Program-made: the position numbers and the translations under genes
Shown: in pieces, positions 1-11,600 of the stretch
How the letters are laid out: each line of letters opens with the position of its first letter
Position numbering within the stretch: position 1 is the stretch's first letter
Origin: Paramoeba atlantica
Taxonomy: Eukaryota > Protista > Discosea
NCBI GenBank assembly: GCA_977017575.1
Contig: CDRNVI010000177.1
Span: 1-64,000, forward strand
Direction of reading: 5' to 3'
DNA: 64,000 nt
The notes under the pieces: generated by a model
The model's input: the letters and a program-made list of their open reading frames with translations, nothing else
The model's database searches: none
What the model was told of the DNA's origin: nothing

Positions 1-134
1 CTCAAGTTGTAAAAAAAAGTGAAAGAAAGAAAAGACCTCTTGAAACCAAGGAAGGCTTTCCAGCCTCCAAAGGTTTCAGCAATGTGTTACACAAGATCAA
101 TTAGAACAATGTTAGACTATACCAAGGTTTAGTC

Positions 135-2625
135 ATGTGCCTGAACCCAAAAACTGTTGTTGGAGCCAAGTCGAGACCAACAAAGTTAGTGGGATCACTG
201 GATTTTAGACCAGGACTTCCCAACTTCAATGAGGTTATCAAAGCAATTGAAAATGTGACTTCTCTTAAAAGGAAGATTTTTGTGAACATCAAGCAGGGCC
301 ATTTTGTGATCTCAGCGCTCAAGAACATGGATGCTGCCAGTGTAGAAAAAGAGTTTTTGAACAAAGGTGATGAATTGGCAAAAAAACTCAAGAAATCCTT
401 TGTCTGGAGGAACAATGAGGACGCAAAATTGTGAGGGCTCAAAATCAGGGTTCCCTTTAAAGCTGAGGGTGTGAAGTGGATCCAGAATCTTTTTGCTGGC
501 CCAAATTCTCTTCCAAGACATAACTTGAAGAAAGTAGTTCAAATAGCCCAGAATTGTATTGTTTTGGTTTACACCCAAATTCCCATTAACTTTGTCCATC
601 TCATCACCCACACCAAGGGGTGGTTGGGGATTAGCGATACTCAAGCTTGAGTTTCTGTTAGGACCCCAGCAAGGCCCTTTGATAAAGTGGTGAAATGCCC
701 CACTTGCCAAATTAACCATCCTGCTTGTTTGGATTGTTTATTTGAAATTTTACAAAAAAAGGATTCAAGTGAAGTTGGCAATATGATAAGAACAGAAATG
801 TACTCGATCAACACCTGTGACCCCAAAGGAGTTAAGATAAGAAATCAAGCTGCCAGAGATGGTGTGCAATTTAACTTCATCTTGCCTGAAGGAGTCCCCT
901 CATCCTGTACCCCCCTTGGTAATACTGGTGGGTCTATGGTGGTGGGCCCTGAGAGAATAGATCAAACTTCCCCCAAGTTACAAGCTTCTAAGCCTTCTGA
1001 AGGTCTCTCCCCCATTGGAGTTAAAAAAGATGGCTTAAATTTACCTACACATAATGCTGGTGGCCAAGGGTTGGTATCTCATTTGCCTAATGTTATTCCT
1101 GCTGAACCTACCCCTCTGAAGGGCCCCCCTCCTGTGAAGAAGAGCCATGAAGCTATATCCAACAATTTCAAAGTACCTTCTTCCACAACTAAGGGATCAG
1201 CTGTCCAAAGGAGTTCCTCTGTGGGTCCAATCAAGCATGATGCTGCAGCTCTGATTAAGACAAGTTCATTTTCTCCCATCAGGACCAAAACCTCTTCTAA
1301 AATTAAAATGATAAATGGGATCAGCAAATAAGTTAGTGGATTCTCAGTGCCCCCCATATTGCCAGCCCAGCAATCACAAGCTCAACCAAAAAAAAAGGGT
1401 ACCCAGACATCAGTGAACACATGTTCCAACCCAGTAGTCTCTTCCTTTAAGTCTGCTTCTTCACATCCAAAAGAGACTGTGGGCAAGTCAAGAAATTGCA
1501 CTGATTCTGTGATCCAGAAGAAGGAGAACAGAAGAAGCCAACCTGTTTCTGACCCTGCTCCTATCTTCATCAACAAAGAAGACTTACTGTTTGAAAATGG
1601 ATTGGTGGAGGAACCTAACAATAGAAGGGAGGTGGTTGGCACCCGTAGTTTAGTCGTAAATTCAACTATGTCCAACCCCGGGGGGGCGAGTTCAAATCCC
1701 AGTTTTTCAATATTATGGAAAATTTTTCTGGTGCTGTAGAGTGATTTGATTGGAGTGAGGAGCTCTTGAAGAAGTGTGAAAATCAGAACAGGTTACATCT
1801 CAGCCCTGTCTGCTAAAAAGTTGAAGATAAATTCCCTTGGAAGGAACTTTGGATTATTCTCCCTTCTGATGTGCATCCTCCAGCCTGAACTTGCAGAAGT
1901 TCTAAAGTTCAGCATAAAGACCGACTGAACTAAGCTGAAGTTTAAAACTTCACCTCTTGTTAGAGGTTAAAAACAAACATAATTTAATGTAATTCAAATG
2001 GCTTAAATTAAGAACTACTAATTGAATAAAGTCTGCCTCAAAAAGAAAAAAAAACAATAGAAGGGAGGTGAAATCAATGTTCAAGAAATTGAACCTGAAC
2101 ATCAAATGGGCAAGTGCAACTGAGGATTTCGGAAGAGTTAATGAGGGGTTGGAGAATGGCTCAATTTTCCCAAAGGATAGGAGATTAAGGTGTCAAGCTT
2201 TCTATTTGGTTGAGTACCTTGTGAAGACAGGATGCACTAAGAGGAAGAAGGGTGGATCAGAAGAGGTGATTAATGTTAGAGTAGGGTGGGAGAAAGGAAA
2301 GAATGAGAGTGAAGAGGAAAAAGGAAAAATATTGCAAAAGAAAAGAAAAATCACACAAGAAAAGGAGAGTGGGGAAAGAAAGTTGGTGAATTTTCCAAAT
2401 GAGGAAGGGGTGGGTGTTGTTCATCCACTTATGGAAAAATCCAAGGAAAGAAGTGGTGGTGTCCAAGACAGTGTCCCCTTTTCCTTTTTGTTTGAAGGGT
2501 CAGATATGAGAGTGGAAGGAGAAGAGGAGGAAGAGGGGGATGCTATGGAGATCGAAATGAACAAGGAGTTTGCCAGAACAACCCAAGCAAGGAGAGAGAG
2601 TGAGGGAGGGAAGTCAGTCATTTAA
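135..2625 (+). pseudogene. LINE copy A ORF1 remnant, split by stops and by a SINE
   Basis: ORF pieces 135-434, 687-1331, 1347-1634 and 2068-2625 match ORF1 of copy B (29512-31614). Confidence 0.9.
1635..2053 (+). mobile_element. tRNA-derived SINE, family A (head tentatively tRNA-Gly-like)
   Basis: A-box-like TAGTTTAGTCG and B-box GAGTTCAAATCCC. AATAAA plus an A tail. Perfect 17-bp TSD ACAATAGAAGGGAGGTG at 1618-1634 and 2054-2070. Absent from the equivalent site in LINE copy B. Confidence 0.92.
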
Positions 2626-2851
2626 AAAAAAAAAAACACAAAAACATAAAAACACAAAAACACAAAAACACAAAAACACAAAAAAAAAACAAAAAAAAAA
2701 ACAAACAAACAATGCTAAACTTAGGAAGAAGAAGAATAAGAAGAGAAAGGAAAAGGGATTGGTGGATATTAGAAGTAGCTTTGGTGTGGGCCCCCAGGTA
2801 GCTCCTCCCCCAACAACAAACTTGCCTAATGTATCCCAGTCAGAGTGCCTC

Positions 2852-3475
2852 TGAGGAGGGGAGCAGGATCAACAGAGAAAACAAGAGAAAAGAAAGAGAA
2901 ACAGAAACTCTGGATCAAAACCTTTATGGGAAAGATTCCCAGCCAACACAAACAGAACAAGAAAACAACAACAAAGAAACAGAAAAGCAAGAAAAAGAAC
3001 AACAAAAGGAATCACAACTGAGAAAAGCACAGAATCACTGAAACTCAACTTAAATTGGAATCCCAAGCCTACACAGCAACCAAAGAAGGAAGAAAGCAAC
3101 AAAAGATGATGACAACAAAAAAAGAGAACAGAAAGCAAGCAAGGCAAGCCAAAAGATCACAAAGGAAAGCAAAGAGAGAGAGAGAAAGCAACAAGAAAGC
3201 AGAAAGAAAGCAGAAGGCAGCAAAGTGGCAAGAAAAAAGGGCAAAAAACGTGAATGTGAAAACTGAATAAAAAGAGCACTAAAAATCTTGTGATTTTGGC
3301 TAAAATCATGATAAAATGGTGCGTGGCTGTCTGTGAGGCTCAGGGCTCTCCGAAAGGACCAAAACTCATGATAAAAGGCATCAAGGAAGCTCAGGAAAGG
3401 CTCAGGGAGGCTCAAGGAACTGAAAAGGCACTGAAAGGCACAACTTCCATGTTGGAAGCAGGTCTCACCCCAACA
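2852..3475 (-). mobile_element. Solo LTR of the gypsy element at 6231-19870
   Basis: Near-identical to 6231-6855 and 19246-19870, lacking one terminal TG. Flanked by CCTC at 2848-2851 and 3476-3479. Interrupts LINE ORF2. Confidence 0.93.
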
Positions 3476-6230
3476 CCTCCCCCCAGGTCCTCCGAGTGAG
3501 CCTGGAGTTGACCCTCATGATAGGTCCTCAGCTAATTTAAGTGAGAGTGATGAATGTAGGTTTCCTGATGCATGTGTTATTTCTTGGAACATGAATGGGA
3601 TTTAAAATTTTGAAAAATTGAGAATCCTTCAGAAGATGGCTGGGAGTTGTTGGCCTCTTTTCATTTTGATTCAAGAATATCACTCTGATTTTGAATGTGA
3701 CCTCAATCTCATCAGGAACCAATTGAGGAAGTATATCTGGTTGAGAGACAACTCCTCTGGAAAGAGGAGGGGTCTGCTCATTGGAGTTAGGTGGATGGAG
3801 GGGGTGAAAGAGATCTCTCCCTGTTTCTTTGATCAGACCATGAGTGGATTATTTGGTGTTCATGTGACTATTGGATCAACGAACTATTCTGTCCTGAATA
3901 TATACCGTCACCCTGACCTCAAAGTAGCCACCATTTTGCAGGAGGCCACTTGATTCTTTGGCCAGAACCCCAGGAGCATAAATATCTTTGGGGGTGATTT
4001 CAATTGGGATGTGAAGGAAAAACAGATGGGGGAAATTGAAAAGTGTTGTGCTTCTCTCCATATGTTATGCTTGAAATGGGATGAACCCACCCATTATAAA
4101 GGGAGGTGTATCGACCATATCTTCTTCTTGTCCAAGGCTCCATTAAAACATTTGTTTATCAATGCCATCCTGTCCAGCTTTAAAGATCATGCACTGCTGA
4201 TTGGAGGATCCTCATTTAAGGAATGGGAGATTCGGGCGAATAAGAAATCCATTCCTAAGTATCTGATTAATGATCATGGGTTCATCAACACTCTTATTGA
4301 GAGGATGGGTACCTTCTCCAAGGGTGATGATTCCAACGAGTTTTTGACCAGATTTAAGACCACAGCTTGGGAATTAGTTCCCTACTGGAGAGAAAGAAAC
4401 ACTGAGGCAGCATTGTTTAGAGAACTGTGGAAGATCCACTCTCTTGTAAGATCCCTTCACAATTCTCACATTCTTAGGAAATCTACTGTCCAGAGGCCAT
4501 ACTCTTCCCTTGAAATGGGTCTGTTGGACCAGGCCTCCCTTGGTTGGAAGGGTCTGAAGGAAGGGAAGTTGTGAAGGAGAGAAATAATCCCTAGAATGAT
4601 TTCTGCAGCACTCAAGAAGATTGAATGTATTGAAGGACAGTTGGGGATCTTTATTAACAGTCACCCTGTGAGGCCTAAAGCAAGATCATCCCCAAGGGTT
4701 AAAGGAATTGTTGTGGATGGGGTCATTTCCAGAGATAATGGTGTGGTCCAGAAAGCAATTAAAGAATTTTGGGGGAATCTTTTGGGCTCAGTGAGGCCAT
4801 ACAACAAGGACTCTCTCCAGAAGCTGATTGAGAACCATAAACCTCGGTTTCTTAAGGTTGATTACCATGTTGTTAATGGGGCCAAGGTTGATAAACTGCT
4901 GCGATAGTGCAATAATTCAAGTGCTGGCCCAGATGGTATCCCCTTTGCTCTCTACAGAGTGACAAGTGAACAACTGTGTGATATGTGGTGTGAACTTATC
5001 CAAAGAGCTGAGGAATCAATGGATTTCCTTGAGTCGTTTGGGGAGAGTCAACTTGTGTTACTACCTAAGATTGAGAATATTCCTCGTCCTGACCAATTTC
5101 AACCAATAAGTATTACCAATTCTGATTATTGGATTGTGATGAGATATTGGGCCAAATGGCTAATGGAGAGTGCCAGAGAGGTGATTTCCCCAGAACAAAA
5201 TGCTATGTTTGCTGGAAGGTCCATTGATAATGCAGTGGAATCAATACATGATGGGTTTATGGAAGCAGTGGCAGAGGGCAAGGACATGACCATCCTCCAA
5301 ACTGATTTCTGTAAGGCCTATGATTATGTTAACTGTGAAGCCCTTATGGAGTTGCTGATTGGATTGAATGCTCCACTCCAAGCCCTTGAAGTTGTATTTA
5401 AAGTTCTGCAAGAGTCAGATACATAGCTCCCAACTGTAGGATCGAATGATAAGACACAGAAGGAAGCCATCAAGAGCCAGACTGGTGTGTGACAAGGCTG
5501 CCCCATTTCACCTCTTTTGTTCATTATTCTTTTTGATGTTTTATTGGTTAGTTTGAACAATGGGGGTGACCTTGAGAAGCTTGCTGGGTTCATGGATAAC
5601 TTAGCCTTTCTCCTTCACAGAGTCTAATCCATAAATTCCTTAACCTTAATCTTCCAAAAATATGAACAAGGAACCAGAGCCAAACTCAACTACAACAAAT
5701 GCTTTGTATTGTCAACTGAAAAATTCTCTCCTGTGGGCCCTTGGGCTGAAATGCCTTCAGCTAATTATTTGGGAGAGGAGACTGTGTACTTGGGAGTTAC
5801 AATTTCTTGAAGAATGAACCCAACTAAAGACTGAGAAGGAGTGATCAAGAAAATGTGGAAAGTTGGAACAGCAATTAAGCAAAGAAAAGGCAGCTTCAAG
5901 GAGAGAGTCCAGATGATCAATACTTACCTTATTCCTTGTATAGGTTATTTGGCAAGATTCAAGCTTATCTTGAAAGTTGTCTCCTTGAAGATGTGGAAGG
6001 CCATTCATTCAGCCTTAGGCACATATGCAAATCTAAAGTCCTGTGTAATGACCTCCCTTCATCCCCCTTTCTTTGAAAAACCCCAAGTTAGACACCCTAT
6101 TCTGTTTAACTGGGCTCTGCTGATATCAAGGAAACCTCTCCAAGATCATTATAGGAATCCATTGTCCATTGGGGCTATGAAGATTGATGCTTTGGAAGCT
6201 AGTGGTGCTATCTCAGAACAAGTGAGGATG
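3476..6230 (+). pseudogene. LINE copy A ORF2 remnant: AP endonuclease and reverse transcriptase
   Basis: Motifs GGDFNWD, CIDHIFF, FQPISITNSDY, QTDFCKAYDYVN and GV*QGCPISP. Multiple stops. Confidence 0.93.
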
Positions 6231-6855
6231 TGTGAGGAGGGGAGCAGGATCAACAGAGAAAACAAGAGAAAAGAAAGAGAAACAGAAACTCTGGATCAAA
6301 ACCTTTATGGGAAAGATCCCCAGCCAACACAAACAGAACAAGAAAACAACAACAAAGAAACAGAAAAGCAAAAAGAAGAACAACAAAAGGAATCACAACT
6401 GAGAAAAGCATAGAATCACTGAAACTCAACTCAAATCAGAATCCCAAGCCTACATAGCAACCAAAGAAGGAAGAAAGCAACAAAAAATGATGACAACAAA
6501 AGAAGAGAACAGAAAGCAAGCAAGGCAAGCCAAAAGATCACAAAGGAAAGCAAAGAGAGAGAGAGAGAGCGACAAGAAAGCAGAAAGAAAGCAAAAGGGG
6601 CAAAGTGGCAAGAAAAGGGGGCCAAAAACGTGAATGTGAAAACTGAATAAAAAGAGCACTAAAAATCTCGTGATTTTGGCTAAAATCACGATAAAATGGC
6701 GCGTGGCTGTCTGTGAGGCTCAGGGCTCTCCGAAAGGACCAAAACTCATGATAAAAGGCATCAAGGAAGCTCAGGGAAGGCTCAGGGAGGCTCAAGGAAC
6801 TGAAAAGGCACTGAAAGGCACAAGTTCCATGTTGGAAGCAGGTCTCACCCCAACA
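6231..6855 (-). repeat. 3' LTR of the gypsy element
   Basis: Matches 19246-19870; the differences seen are almost all transitions. Adjacent to the PPT. Confidence 0.96.
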
Positions 6856-6864
6856 CCTCCCCCC
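6856..6864 (-). promoter_or_regulatory. Polypurine tract
   Basis: GGGGGGAGG on the minus strand, immediately before the TGTTGGGG start of the 3' LTR. Confidence 0.88.
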
Positions 6865-7447
6865 TTGAAACAAAACAAGAGTGTGGGGTTGCAGGCGCCA
6901 AGAGAAAAGAGGCCAGAAACTCAACAGGGTCCAAAAAGATGAAAGAAATCCATGGGAATCCACAAAATCAGAATCAATTCTCCAACCAAGCAATCAAAAG
7001 AAGGGAATCAGCAGCAGAAGACCCAAGGAATCAATTCGGGGTGTCAACAAATCGCAAAATGCAGCTCACCAAGGGGGATGACAGGAGAATAAAACAAACA
7101 AAACACAAAACAAAACACAGAAAAGAGAACAAACACAAAACACAATGGCTGGGGACTTACTTGAAAAAAAAAATGTTTTGATATATTTAGGACCTCTGTC
7201 CAGGGAAACCAGTAAACCCAAATCTTCATCATATTTACAGCATTCACAATATTTACAGTCTCCCAGGGCAGAAGGAAGCATAACAGGATTGCAATTCTTG
7301 AAACCAATATCCCAAACCAGTCACATAGTCAAAACAATCTTCGAAATTGATTAATAGCAAAGACAACCAAATCTCAAACAACAAAAGAAAGAAAACAACT
7401 CAATAAAAAGAAGCAATGGGGGTCATCCAACCACAAAAGTTAGTTTC

Positions 7448-8614
7448 TCATCCCAGAAAGTCTGAATCCGAGTCCTCGTCCAATACCAGCCCGTTCGACT
7501 CAAAACTTTCCTTTTCACTTGTCTCCATTTCTGAACCTGGACTTTCTTTTCTTTCACTTAATTCTCCCTCAAATCTTGAATCTTCCTCTTCCAACTCAAT
7601 ATCAGAACTTGATTCTTCTTCTCTACCTACCGCTGAAGTGATTGCATTTGTTCTCCTAAACTGGAAAAGAAGGTGATTTCCTTTCAATGAAGCTGCTCCA
7701 ACCCATGAATTCTTCTTTTGGCCATAACCTAACCATTCAACTAAATATTCTTTTTTCTCATTACCTCTTTCAGCAAGTATTTTTGTTATCTCAACTCCTG
7801 GTACATCTCGCAAAGTTGTGACTCTACATTTCTTAACTCTTCTGACATTCATGAGGTGCGGCAGCATTTCTTGAGAATGGATGTTTCTGAGGGCAACAGC
7901 ATGATTATTGGGCTTTTCTACCACCTGGTAAATTACATTCCCATATCTTGGTAATAATTTCGGGTTGAGGCCTTTCTTCTTGAGTTTCCTCTCACACAAA
8001 ACTAAATCTCTGACCAGCAAAGTTTCTCTCACAGGGTTTCTTTTCTCCTGATCCAACTGTGATTTCTTCCTTGAAGAACTAACATGTTCCCTAACTAATT
8101 CGAAAATCACAGGCAATTCCTGTTGTAAAGATTTAATATACTTGCTTCTTGTCATTGTGGGTCTGGATGCAATGTCCCAATGAACTTCCAAGGGTAATAT
8201 GGCCTGTCTTGCAAACATTAGAAAATAAGGAGTGAAATTTGTTGTTGAACTCTGGGCGGTGTTGAATGCAAGCTGCAAAAGCGGTAAGAATGTGTTCCAA
8301 TTATCCTGTCTTGTGTTAACATAAGCTTTGAACATGTCCTTGAGTGTTCTCCAGGGTCTCTCGACCACTCCATTTGCTCTTGGGTTGAAACTAGTTGTGC
8401 ATTTCAGGTTCACTCCCATCATCTTTCCAAACTCAGTGGTCAGTTTTGCATCAAATTCACGTCCCTGATCTGAAATAATCTTCACTGGGCAGCCGAAAGT
8501 ACAGACATAATCCAGCAGTTTGTTTGCAGTAAGAATGGCTGAAACTCCTTTTGTTACATAGAATCTGTGAAATTTTGTGAACCTGTCTGAAATATTTAGA
8601 ATGTGGTTGTTGCC
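7448..8614 (-). CDS. Gypsy integrase core with GPY/F region and C-terminal chromodomain (continuation of pol past an in-frame TGA)
   Basis: IISDQGREF, FNPRANGVVER, KLLPRYG and EITKILAER..EYLVEWLGYGQKKNSWV. In frame with ORF 8615-12208; the stop sits in TA*GN, the usual T-x-R-G-N motif. Confidence 0.93.
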   Translation of the reverse strand, partial: GNNHILNISDRFTKFHRFYVTKGVSAILTANKLLDYVCTFGCPVKIISDQGREFDAKLTTEFGKMMGVNLKCTTSFNPRANGVVERPWRTLKDMFKAYVNTRQDNWNTFLPLLQLAFNTAQSSTTNFTPYFLMFARQAILPLEVHWDIASRPTMTRSKYIKSLQQELPVIFELVREHVSSSRKKSQLDQEKRNPVRETLLVRDLVLCERKLKKKGLNPKLLPRYGNVIYQVVEKPNNHAVALRNIHSQEMLPHLMNVRRVKKCRVTTLRDVPGVEITKILAERGNEKKEYLVEWLGYGQKKNSWVGAASLKGNHLLFQFRRTNAITSAVGREEESSSDIELEEEDSRFEGELSERKESPGSEMETSEKESFESNGLVLDEDSDSDFLG

Positions 8615-11600
8615 TCAGGCTGTCCTGCTGACTTGGGTGTTATCAACATGCAAAATGATTCCTGGAAATCCCTCTGGTTCTATTTCTTCTCCAGCTGGAG
8701 GTTGGTCCACTCTTCCAGTTTTGTTGAGTTGGCAAGTTAAGCAAGTTCTGCAAAATTGTTGCACCACAGTGTACATCTTTGGGAAATAGAATCTGGATTT
8801 GATTTTTAAGTAAGTTAATAAACCTCCAAGATGTCTGGCGATTGGGTCAACATGAAATTGGAGAAGTGCTGCACCTATTAAATGGTCAGGAAGTACTGCT
8901 GGTGGAAGTGCATTTGGGAGGACATTTGGGTCTACTTTTCTGAGAATCCCATCTGCAAGGTAAAAATCTCCTTCCTTTCTCTGCAATCTGTTCTTCTCAT
9001 TCTTATCTTTTGGCCATTTTCCTGTTTCCAATCTTCTCTTAATTGATTTGATCCAGTTATCCTTATCCTGTTCTTTGATTAGTTTCCTATCATCTATTAA
9101 GAATTCTGATGGGTGTTTGCTCTTGTAATCTGTTAATGGTTTGTTAGTTTCACTTTCCTCTTCTGAATCTTTTCCTTTTCCTGATTCTGAATCTTGTTCT
9201 TCTTCACTTATCTCCATTCCTTTACTTTCCACTCTCTCCTTCTGTTTTCTAGTTCTCAATCTGTGAGTCACGGTTTCGGAAGATTCCTGGACAGGCTGGC
9301 ATGGCTCAGACAACACATTCGTACGTTCACAGCGCAATTTGTGAGTATCAGGATTCTCATAAAGATTTTGAGTATCAGGATCTCCACTAACCAACTGAGA
9401 AGAACAATTTTCAGAATTGAAACCAGCAGGGGTTTGTACATCATGAATATTGACACTCTCAGGCTTATCGCTTGTCTCAACAGAACGGCTACCATCATTG
9501 GGTAGGTTTCTACATCCATCTCCACCAGATGGACACCATTTCATACCATCAACATGGGTTTTCTTTTTCAAATCACACAATGATTCTTGAACTGCCGGTC
9601 CCAGGACTTTGTCTTCCACTCTCAAACCTGGAAGAGGGGCTGTGCCAAACACAAATTCTCTTCCGTCTATCTCATATCGTTTCCCAGAACGTTTCCAATT
9701 GACTTGAGCATCCATTTCAACTTCCCTTGAGTCCTCATCAACATTGGATTCCTTATGTGCTTGGAGAACAGAAACTGGATTGACTGAAATACAGTCTCCA
9801 TCACCCAAAGCAGGATTCCTGTCAGACCCTTGATTCATCTCATTCTCCTTCATTAGATCAAACAAAGGGTCTCCAGTCAAAGAGCCATTCATAATCCCCA
9901 ATTCAGTTGAACTTGAATCCTCAATTATCTGGAGTTCAGAGTATGATTGACCTGAGGACTCTTGGTTTGTTGTTGGCCTCTGGACACCCAAATCCTGAAT
10001 CTTGCATTCCCTAGGACCGACTTTTACTCTCAAATCTTGAATGCACAGACTTCTTTCCCCAAGTTTTCGAATATCATCTTTCTCACTACTATAAACAGGT
10101 TTAGAAGACCCAACAAGTTCTGGAGAGCAAGGAGTTTCTTCTAATGGTTTATCTCTCAATTCTTCCAACTGGATTGACTTTTTTCTTCTTGGTTTCTTTG
10201 TAGAAATTGCGTTCACCATCATACCACTTTTCTTCTCTGAGACAGGTTCAAATATCCACTCTGTACAACTTCCATCACTTGAAGTTCTCACCACCAAGTC
10301 ATATCCTGTTATTGGCTGATTTTCCACAATAGAGTTAACTGTATGGTTCAGTTTTCCTCTGAGGTTACCAACTCGTTCATCCACATCAGTTCCTTGGCCC
10401 GGAAATTGAAGAGGCAAATCACCAATCTTCCCACAATATTCAGGAGGATCACCTTCATATTTCACATAATTGGCTTGACTCAATGCATCAGGACCGGTCA
10501 TTTTACTTCCAGGAGCATGCATAATGTGCATATCATAACCCAACAGGCGAGTGGCTAATTTGTCAAGTGTCTGACTTGTCAAAGGAGTCTTAAATGTTGT
10601 CACCAAAGCCAAATGGTCTGTATACACATAGAAAGAGCGCCCATGGACATACTGTCTGAAATAAGTAACAGCCCAAACAACACCAATACATTCCAAAACA
10701 GAAGCTGTCATCTTCTTCTGTGCAACTTTGAGGGGAGCACTTGCAAAGGCAATCACTCTGTGATGCTCATTTTCATCCAACTGAGTAAGGATTGCGCCCA
10801 AACCGTTCTTGCTGGCATCAACATGAACATGGAAAGGTTTCTCAAATTCAGGGTAAGCCAACATGGGAGGTTCTGCCAAAGCTTTCTTGATAGATTCAAA
10901 TTCCTCAATGTGATCTTCTTCCATCTTGAAAGGCTCTTTCCCATGCAACAACTTCCGGAGATTAATCGTTTTTGATGAAGTATTCTGAATAAATTTTGCA
11001 ACCCAGGTAACAAGTCCCAAAAATCGGTGCAAGGCAGGTCGATCCTCTGGCATTGGGTAATCAAGAATTGCAGACACCTTCTTAGGATTTGGAGAAACAC
11101 CATCACCAGAACAGATGTGTCCGAGAATCTCGAATTCAAGTTGAGCAAATGAACATTTCTTAGTATTCACCATAAGGCCCGCATCTCGCAATCTCTGGAG
11201 CAATTGTTTGATTTTTTCAATGTGCTCTTCTTCCGTTTGGGAGAAAATAACAATGTCATCAACATAAACCATACAACAATCCCAAAGCATTCCATCCAAG
11301 ACTTTCTCAATAAATCTTTGTTGAGTTGCAGGAGCATTAGTCAAACTGAAAGGCATACTGATCCACTGCCAAAGACCATATTTCGAAATGAAAGCAGTTT
11401 TCTCTCTATCTTCCTTACTGATTGGAATGGACCAGAAAGCAGAGCTCAGATCAACAGTTGAGTAATATTTTGCATTCCCCAAGGTGTTCAAAATATCATT
11501 CAAACTAGGCAAAGGATAGGCATCTTTCTTGGTGACTTTGTTGAGGTGTCGATAGTCAATACAAAATCGAATTTTTCCGTCTTTCTTATCAACCAAGTGG

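Noticed and set aside
1635-1715. tRNA genes at the A/B-box motifs (also 27060-27123, 28120-28197, 36485-36560, 37590-37668)
   Set aside because: There is no complete acceptor stem. Each motif continues into a shared body with an A tail and TSD, so these are SINE heads.
2829-3499. ORFs across the LTR copies (also 6431-6993 and 19265-19978)
   Set aside because: They are low-complexity translations of A-rich LTR sequence with no domain and inconsistent start and stop positions between copies.
6856-7447. env-like or extra ORF between integrase and the 3' LTR
   Set aside because: The region is only about 600 bp with short ORFs, and has no signal peptide or TM pattern on the element's sense strand.
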